Assembly: GCA_038882955.1 (NCBI GenBank)
Contig: JAVZNC010000012.1
Span: 1 to 11,605, forward strand
Source of the DNA: Candidatus Bathyarchaeia archaeon
GTDB taxonomy: Archaea; Thermoproteota; Bathyarchaeia; Bathyarchaeales; Bathycorpusculaceae
Reading direction: 5' to 3'
Length of the DNA stretch: 11,605 nt
Shown: piece after piece, positions 6,186 to 11,605 of the stretch
Numbering within the stretch: position 1 is the stretch's first letter
Layout of the letters: every line of letters starts with the position of its first letter
Position numbers and translations under genes: made by a program
The notes under the pieces: model-generated
The model's input: the letters and a program-made list of their open reading frames with translations, nothing else
What the model was told of the DNA's origin: nothing
Databases searched by the model: none

Positions 6186-7127
6186 ATGACACCTTCAGCG
6201 GAAAGTGTCAGTGACAGTTATGGGCATGGAGAAAATTCCTTAACTCCTGCCGAGCGCTACATCTATACACGAGCCAAGCGCCAACCAGACGAACCGTTTT
6301 GTTTCCTAGATTTCAAGGACAAGTATGCTCATGGCACCATCCGCAACACCTTCTCCTCCTTAAGAAGAAAAGGCCTCATCAGATTGTATTGTCGGAGTGG
6401 CACAGCTTTTTATATGCTATCATCTGGAAAACCTAAGATGCCTCTTGAAAAAATGACAGTCGCCCACAGGGTGGGTAGGGGTGCAGGGGGTGTTAGGGAA
6501 GTTCGAATTGATCTTGGTTCATTTTTGGAATCGTTGGATTGGGAGGAGGTGTGTCGAGTTCATGATATTACTTTGGTTTTTCCAGCAGATTTGTTGTATA
6601 GGCTATTTTCAAGTAATGGTGTTGGGCGGTTAATAGAAGGGTCTAGTGATATTAGGTTTGGCTTATTTGTCTGGTCGAGGGGGCGTGTTCTGGAAGTTTT
6701 TCTTCATCGTGGGGGTAAGGTTACTGCTTATCTTAAGTGTAGTGAGCGTCCTGTGGAGGTTTCTCTTGATGGTCTGGTGAGTCTGTCTTCTTTCTTGGGG
6801 AGTGTTCGCGCTCGCATGGTTGATGTTGCTATTTCAGTTGACCATGATTTTGATGAACGTTTAATTCCGGACGTGCCAGATTGGGTCGTGTCGCAGTGGC
6901 ATTACGGCAAGGATGGCGATGGCGCGTGCGAAATTAGTGGTCCCGCCTTTAATGTCTCCTTCAGCAACTGGTTTGGGGACCTTGCTCGCATATACATGCG
7001 TCATAACGGTCAGCTGCTGAAGCCGCGTTTAGAAATTCACGAAAAACCGAGAAAAACGCTCCCTGTAGCCTTTGCGGAGAAGATTGATCCATCTTTCTCA
7101 GTTTTGAGTAGGCTCAAAGTTGAGTGA
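6186..7127 (+). CDS. wHTH-containing putative replication initiator (Rep_trans-like C-terminal domain)
   Basis: ATG 6186 has GGAGGT at 6173-6178 and follows the RHH stop by 1 bp. N-terminal wHTH (HGTIRNTFSSLRRKGLI). The C-terminal beta-rich domain has HD, HYGKD and RIY...RLE motifs reminiscent of Rep_trans initiators, and the gene order is copG-rep. The Rep function is an inference. Confidence 0.5.
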   Translation: MTPSAESVSDSYGHGENSLTPAERYIYTRAKRQPDEPFCFLDFKDKYAHGTIRNTFSSLRRKGLIRLYCRSGTAFYMLSSGKPKMPLEKMTVAHRVGRGAGGVREVRIDLGSFLESLDWEEVCRVHDITLVFPADLLYRLFSSNGVGRLIEGSSDIRFGLFVWSRGRVLEVFLHRGGKVTAYLKCSERPVEVSLDGLVSLSSFLGSVRARMVDVAISVDHDFDERLIPDVPDWVVSQWHYGKDGDGACEISGPAFNVSFSNWFGDLARIYMRHNGQLLKPRLEIHEKPRKTLPVAFAEKIDPSFSVLSRLKVE

Positions 7128-7205
7128 GAAGAAGGGAGGCACGAAGCGCGTGCTTCTACTCTCACGTATGGATGCTGGAGAAAACAAATGGAGGAGAAGA
7201 GTTAG

Positions 7206-8597
7206 ATGAAGGAAGTTGAGCTGAGGGATGTCATTCGGCCCGGCACAACCCGTGGTTTGGACTTTGTAATTCTGGATGAGCTGAGGAATAGTACTGGCGT
7301 GAATCCTGAAAGTGTCTTGAAGTTTGCGTTGGTTGAAATGCTCTGCAACAGCTTAGACAAGGAAGACGCCTCAAACATTCGCGTTGAAGTGCGGGCAGAA
7401 GGGGATTTCCATGCGGTTGCGGTAAGCGACAACGGCAGCAAGAAGCTGACAGCTAAGGAGTTGAAACTTATATTGGACTTTGAAAGCAAGGCTAGCTCCA
7501 AAAGAGGCTTCTACATGGTTTCTAGGGGCTACCTAGGAAATGCTTTGAAATGCATTTTCGGATATGCCTATGCACTTGCGGAGTCTAAGGAGCTTGAACC
7601 TCCGCCTGTTATGGTTGAAAGCGGAAATTACGTCTACAAGATTACCTTGAAACCCGACAAGATTAAGGAAGTCATAAACTCCAAGATTTCAGTCTCCAGA
7701 AGGGAGGATAATGGCTTCACCAAGTTTACGGTGAAGTTTCCGAGATTAGAAAGTCAACTCTCCGTTTTGAAGGATTTAGTTTTCGCCACAAGCATGGTTA
7801 ACCCCTTCAGGAAGATAACTTATGACATTTTCGGGGACAAGGGCGTTCTAGGCTCGGACGGGACGGGCAAACCAATTAGGAAAGAAACTTCAGTTTTGTG
7901 GTATACGAGCAAGCAATTCCTAGCTCTATATAGTGACTTCGTTAAAGCCACACCGAACGCTAAGCTCAAAGAGTTCATTCCCCTATTCAGAGGGTTCACC
8001 AGCAAAAAACTCATCTGGGAAATTTTGCAAGAGCTAAACGCCACCGCAAATCATGATTCTGGCGACGGTATGAATATGCAGTTTTTACCCGCTACGCCAA
8101 TTAAGGAGCTATCAGAAAATGTGATTTTAGCGTTATTCAAAATAATGAAGGCCAAGTCGAAGCCTATTGGAAAGAGAAGCATCAGGTCGGTTCTAGGGTG
8201 TGTTGGAGAAGAAGCCTTTGAGAATATTCGCAGATGCCATGGCTGGCAGAGGCTCAGATATGTTGTCATGACGGATACGCGAAGGGAATGCTGGGACCAG
8301 TTCCATTACAGTCCAAACAGCATCAGCGACAAATGCACAAACATAGATCATGTTGAGTTTCCGTATTTGGTGGAGCTTGCGATTTTCGACAGAAACGAGG
8401 ATGGGGAAGGACTTAAGGTTTACCAGTGCGTTAATTTCATGGCAAGCATGGAGGACATTTTCTCAAGAATCTTCAATATCCCATACCGTTTGGGCAGGGT
8501 GGGAATAGCCAAAGACACACCCGTAACGGTTGTCGCCCATCTCGTATCTCCAGTTTTAAAGTGGCTCAATTACGGGAAGAGTGGTTTAGGTGAGTAG
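7206..8597 (+). CDS. Topoisomerase VI subunit B-like GHKL ATPase (type IIB, Topo VIII-like B part)
   Basis: Bergerat motifs EMLCNSLD, VSDNG, SRGYLGNALK and NGFTKF. The C-terminus VVAHLVSPVLKWLNYGKS is transducer-like and includes the switch lysine. GGAGG ribosome-binding site upstream. Confidence 0.8.
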   Translation: MKEVELRDVIRPGTTRGLDFVILDELRNSTGVNPESVLKFALVEMLCNSLDKEDASNIRVEVRAEGDFHAVAVSDNGSKKLTAKELKLILDFESKASSKRGFYMVSRGYLGNALKCIFGYAYALAESKELEPPPVMVESGNYVYKITLKPDKIKEVINSKISVSRREDNGFTKFTVKFPRLESQLSVLKDLVFATSMVNPFRKITYDIFGDKGVLGSDGTGKPIRKETSVLWYTSKQFLALYSDFVKATPNAKLKEFIPLFRGFTSKKLIWEILQELNATANHDSGDGMNMQFLPATPIKELSENVILALFKIMKAKSKPIGKRSIRSVLGCVGEEAFENIRRCHGWQRLRYVVMTDTRRECWDQFHYSPNSISDKCTNIDHVEFPYLVELAIFDRNEDGEGLKVYQCVNFMASMEDIFSRIFNIPYRLGRVGIAKDTPVTVVAHLVSPVLKWLNYGKSGLGE

Positions 8598-9921
8598 TAG
8601 CATAAGCGTGTTGATGGAAAAGGCGTTCGACAAAGTTCTTCCCATACCTAAGACACCGCGGATTTACACTCCTCCGCCGCCGCATAAGCCCGTCTCATGG
8701 GTTCCGCATGGAAGGCTTGGAAACCGAATGTATGAACGAAGGCTTAGGGACTTTGCGAGGGAAATATCAGCGATAGACGCTCAGGTGGTTAAACGCGTAA
8801 AATACTCCAGCCGGGGCTGGTGCTACCTGCTTGAAGGCCTTGGAAAAATCACCAAAGACGAGTTTGACGCTTGCCAAAAAGCGATAAACGACTGTAGAAA
8901 GATTGGGTTGTTACCCATAGACTTCGTTGCTGAAGATCAAGACATGACGAGACGTTTTATGGGAATCCATGAAGCTGCGGACCCAACAGCTCTACTTGAA
9001 CGTATCAAGAAATGTGTAGAGGACATGCTTAACAAATTACCTTCACTCACAACGGACTTTTGGGATGGCGAAGAATACTACGTTATGATGTGCGTGGAGA
9101 AAGGTGACATTCTAAACCTCTTCAAGCCAATATGCGACGAATACCACGTTCCCATAGTCAACAGCAAAGGGTGGCCGCCGATACTTTTGAGGGCGCACAT
9201 AGCGGGACTCTCCCAAAGGGCTGAAATGAGAGAATTAACACCTGTGCTACTCCTATTCTACGACCACGATCCAGCAGGCCTAAAAATTTCAGAAACCTTC
9301 AGAAAGAACCTTGAAGACTGTGCAGGCGGAACAGGCTGGTATCCATACAACCTGATAATTGACAGGTTCGGGCTTAATAAGGAAGATATAGACCGCTACA
9401 ACCTAACATGGATTGAAAACCTTAAAACCAGCTCTGGAAGAGAATCGCTTGACTATAATTATATTGGCAAGTTTGGAAGACGAAAGTGCGAGTCCAACGC
9501 ACTGTTCAAGAACGACGAAACGCTCAAAGCAGCCGAAGAAATCTGCAGAAAAGCCATAGAAAAATACTACGGAAAAGACGCTTTGAAGCGATTCGCAGCG
9601 AAAGTGGAAAATTCAAGAGGCAAGTTGGGGATAGTCTACGAGTCGCCAGTTCTAAAAAACTTCAATGAGGCAATGGATGAGCTGATTCAACGTTTAGCCC
9701 AGCCCAAACCGGAGCCAGAAACAGAACATCCACCCCAGCCACCCGCAAGAGAAAAAGAGGTCGTAGTTGAAGTTGACAACAAATACTACGGCAGATGCCC
9801 AAAATGCCATACACAATTCAATTATGGCACTTCAGACGTCGGCAAACTTGTAAGGTGTAGATTGTGCAACCTTCCCATGAGACTCAAATGGAAACCAGGA
9901 GCTGAGCCGCTTAATGGCTGA
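8590..9921 (+). CDS. Topoisomerase VI subunit A/Spo11-like (Mini-A/Topo VIII-like) TOPRIM protein with a C-terminal Zn ribbon
   Basis: SSRGWCY matches the RxxYY-type motif (candidate catalytic Tyr79). TOPRIM motifs are CVEK and YDHDPAG, with a later ESNAL motif. A Pro-rich linker leads to CPKC...CRLC. The gene overlaps both neighbours by 8 bp. Confidence 0.8.
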   Translation: MSSSISVLMEKAFDKVLPIPKTPRIYTPPPPHKPVSWVPHGRLGNRMYERRLRDFAREISAIDAQVVKRVKYSSRGWCYLLEGLGKITKDEFDACQKAINDCRKIGLLPIDFVAEDQDMTRRFMGIHEAADPTALLERIKKCVEDMLNKLPSLTTDFWDGEEYYVMMCVEKGDILNLFKPICDEYHVPIVNSKGWPPILLRAHIAGLSQRAEMRELTPVLLLFYDHDPAGLKISETFRKNLEDCAGGTGWYPYNLIIDRFGLNKEDIDRYNLTWIENLKTSSGRESLDYNYIGKFGRRKCESNALFKNDETLKAAEEICRKAIEKYYGKDALKRFAAKVENSRGKLGIVYESPVLKNFNEAMDELIQRLAQPKPEPETEHPPQPPAREKEVVVEVDNKYYGRCPKCHTQFNYGTSDVGKLVRCRLCNLPMRLKWKPGAEPLNG

Positions 9922-11335
9922 AAGGGGAAAGGCTGACTGCGGAATCAAGCCTTTAGAGGCTATGCCAAACGAGCCCCCGCGGCCCATCCGCAGCCACCCC
10001 CTCAAATGTCCAGAGTGCGGTTCAGCCAAAACATGGAAGGATGGATTGAGATACCTTAACAATGGAAGAAGTGTTCAGCGCTATGTTTGCCGTTTATGCG
10101 GTTTTAGATTCAGTGACTCGACTGCGGACGGTAATGTAAAGCTCAACATCGCCGGCCAAGCGCTTGAAAGTTCTAATTCTGGAAAGAATTTTGCTGAGGG
10201 ATCTATCCTTAATGTCGATTTCTCCCGCGATGAAACGGCTGAGAATACTGCTCTCTCTTTCAGTGAAGATGTAGGTTCTCATGGTAATCTCTTTGCCACT
10301 ATTGTAGGGAAAGAGTTAAATGCCTTGCGCCACTATAATAGGGATCGCCGAGTGTGCGGTAAGGAAAACTTGCCGAAAAACTCGGTCAGCAAGGCGATAG
10401 CCTTGGCTGAGGAAAAAGCATTAAGCAAAAAGTGGGCTGCGGGGGCCACACTGCTTCCATTAGACATTAAAGGGAAACTCGTAGAGTTCGCTTGGTGGCT
10501 TAAAAAGCAAGGCTACAAAGATTCAACAATAACCAGCAAAGTTAAACTTCTGAAGATACTGGTTCAGAGAGGCGGAAACCTTGGAGACCCAGAATCCGTC
10601 AAGGAAGTCATCGCCAAGCAAAACTGGAGTGAGGGGAGAAAGGAAAATGCCGTTGATGCCTTCACAAGCTATCTAACCTTTGCAGGTAGAGAGTGGGATC
10701 CACCTACATACAGGCGTGTTAACAAGCTTCCTTTCATACCCACCGAACAAGAGCTTGACGCTTTGATAGCTGGCTGCGGGCCTAAGATGGCGTGTTTCCT
10801 CCAACTTCTCAAGGAAACGGGCATCAGAGCTGGAGAAGCGTGGAACCTTAAATGGACAGACTTAGACTTTGAAGCTAGGGCAGTGCGTGTAACACCCGAA
10901 AAGGGAAGCGCTCCGAGGTTGCTGAGGATATCGGCTAAATGTCTTTCAATGCTTCAGGCTTTGCCTAAAAAGGGCACGCTAATATTTGGAGGCTATCCCA
11001 TAAGGGGCTTTGCTAGAGGCTTTCAGAGAACGCGTAAACTGCTAGCCAAAAAGCTTGGAAACCCAAGGCTGCTTCAGATAAGCTTCCATACTTTTAGGCA
11101 TTGGAAGGCAACCGTGGAATATGCTAAAACAAAGGACATTCTACACGTTATGAAGCTGCTGGGACACAAGAACATAAAGAACACGCTAATTTACACCCAA
11201 TTGATAGACTTCAAAGAAGATGAATGGATCTGCAAGGTTGCAGAAAACGTTGAAGAGGCAAGGCATCTTATAGAAGCGGGATTCGAGTATGTTGACACTA
11301 TTGATGGCACTCATCTTTATAAAAAGCGAAAATGA
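9914..11335 (+). CDS. Tyrosine recombinase/integrase with an N-terminal Zn ribbon
   Basis: The catalytic set is intact: TGIR, EKGS, HTFRH, LGH and TLIY. N-terminal CPECGS...YVCRLCG. Adjacent to the tRNA 3' end. Confidence 0.93.
   Translation: MAERGKADCGIKPLEAMPNEPPRPIRSHPLKCPECGSAKTWKDGLRYLNNGRSVQRYVCRLCGFRFSDSTADGNVKLNIAGQALESSNSGKNFAEGSILNVDFSRDETAENTALSFSEDVGSHGNLFATIVGKELNALRHYNRDRRVCGKENLPKNSVSKAIALAEEKALSKKWAAGATLLPLDIKGKLVEFAWWLKKQGYKDSTITSKVKLLKILVQRGGNLGDPESVKEVIAKQNWSEGRKENAVDAFTSYLTFAGREWDPPTYRRVNKLPFIPTEQELDALIAGCGPKMACFLQLLKETGIRAGEAWNLKWTDLDFEARAVRVTPEKGSAPRLLRISAKCLSMLQALPKKGTLIFGGYPIRGFARGFQRTRKLLAKKLGNPRLLQISFHTFRHWKATVEYAKTKDILHVMKLLGHKNIKNTLIYTQLIDFKEDEWICKVAENVEEARHLIEAGFEYVDTIDGTHLYKKRK
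10094..10282 (-). CDS. Small basic helical protein nested antisense within the integrase linker (candidate regulator or directionality factor)
   Basis: MRTYIFTERESSILSRF... has a TERE-xx-IL helix-start pattern typical of HTH proteins. ATG start with a TTTAA box ~35 bp upstream. It occupies exactly the low-structure linker of the integrase. Confidence 0.5.
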   Translation of the reverse strand: MRTYIFTERESSILSRFIAGEIDIKDRSLSKILSRIRTFKRLAGDVELYITVRSRVTESKTA

Positions 11336-11362
11336 CGCGGCTGTCTGTGGGTGGCGCGTAAA

Positions 11363-11435
11363 AGCCGGGGGTGGGAGTTGAACCCACATATAGCTGCTCT
11401 GCAGGCAGCCGCCTGAACCGTTCGGCCACCCCGGC
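11363..11435 (-). tRNA. tRNA-Cys (GCA), intronless, CCA not encoded; probable integration target
   Basis: Reverse complement gives acceptor stem GCCGGGG/CCCCGGC, anticodon arm GCTGC-CTGCAGA-GCAGC, T arm GTGGG-TTCAACT-CCCAC and the U73 discriminator typical of Cys. Confidence 0.97.
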
Positions 11436-11461
11436 GCTTCTAATTAAAATTTTGTTGGGCG

Positions 11462-11474
11462 TAATAAAGGTTTT
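11462..11474 (-). promoter_or_regulatory. BRE-TATA promoter of tRNA-Cys
   Basis: AAAACC-TTTATTA on the minus strand, ~27 bp upstream of the tRNA 5' end. Confidence 0.55.
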
Positions 11475-11604
11475 ATTGGTTTAACCCTATTTTTTGGGCT
11501 ATCCCTTTATAGATTTTTAGGGCTTTTTCTTCGCTGTCCACGTTTTTTATTAGCATGCGTCCGCCATTAAACAAGGTTATTTCGTAATTTTTGTATGTGA
11601 AAAC
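11473..11604 (-). CDS. C-terminal end of a host gene, probably ThiF/MoeB/HesA family
   Basis: Hand translation gives VFTYKNYEITLFNGGRMLIKNVDSEEKALKIYKGIAQKIGLNQ*, which resembles the LFxxGRxLIxG...EEAxxxY C-terminal domain of MoeB-like proteins. Confidence 0.55.
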   Translation of the reverse strand, partial: VFTYKNYEITLFNGGRMLIKNVDSEEKALKIYKGIAQKIGLNQ

Positions 11605-11605
11605 T

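Larger units (their letters stand above)
1..11362. mobile_element. Integrated archaeal mobile element (integrative plasmid or provirus-like) inserted at tRNA-Cys; left end lies outside the window
   Basis: A tyrosine integrase ends 27 bp from the 3' end of a tRNA gene. The region also holds an RHH-Rep-like module, many small DNA-binding proteins and AT-rich cargo, and a host-type gene lies on the other side of the tRNA. No second copy of the tRNA 3' end (the other att site) was seen in the window. Confidence 0.85.

Noticed and set aside
5965-6192. 75-aa minus-strand ORF
   Set aside because: Antisense shadow of the RHH gene.
7202-8269. Three minus-strand ORFs (7202-7501, 7820-8044, 8051-8269)
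   Set aside because: Antisense shadows of the GHKL ATPase gene.
7206-9921. Housekeeping top6B/top6A or a Wadjet (jetABCD) system
   Set aside because: The motifs are divergent, B is truncated and the context is a mobile element. No SMC or kleisin genes are present, so no gene symbols were assigned.
9486-10062. ORFs 9486-9668 (+) and 9832-10062 (-)
   Set aside because: Alternative-frame or antisense overlaps of well-supported genes, without motifs.
11186-11389. 67-aa minus-strand ORF
   Set aside because: Starts inside the tRNA and is antisense to the integrase.

Overview
The window is the right-hand ~11.4 kb of an archaeal integrated mobile element. Archaeal origin is supported by a tRNA without encoded CCA, TATA/BRE-like promoters, GGTGA/GGAGG ribosome-binding sites and Alba-like and Topo VI-like proteins; a Bathyarchaeia-like host is my inference. 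The element is inserted at the 3' end of tRNA-Cys(GCA) (11363-11435, minus strand), with the end of a host ThiF/MoeB-like gene beyond it. The core module (5957-11335, plus strand) is an RHH/CopG protein, a wHTH plus putative Rep protein, a Topo VIB-like GHKL ATPase, a Topo VIA/Spo11-like TOPRIM protein and a Zn-ribbon tyrosine integrase that contains a nested antisense small gene. A wHTH regulator is transcribed divergently from this module. The accessory region has two notable structures. (1) An operon of a tandem Alba-domain protein and an RNase H-fold (DUF3800/RNase HII-like) protein is immediately followed by a ~90-nt GC-rich three-hairpin element, a candidate ribonucleoprotein system. (2) Four related 22-bp palindromes (consensus AAAGTTA-NN-CTAG-NN-TAACTTT, with compensatory changes) are arranged as two nested pairs and divide 2.2-4.9 kb into small gene modules, like a cassette array. 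All protein calls come from reading motifs by eye; no database search was run.
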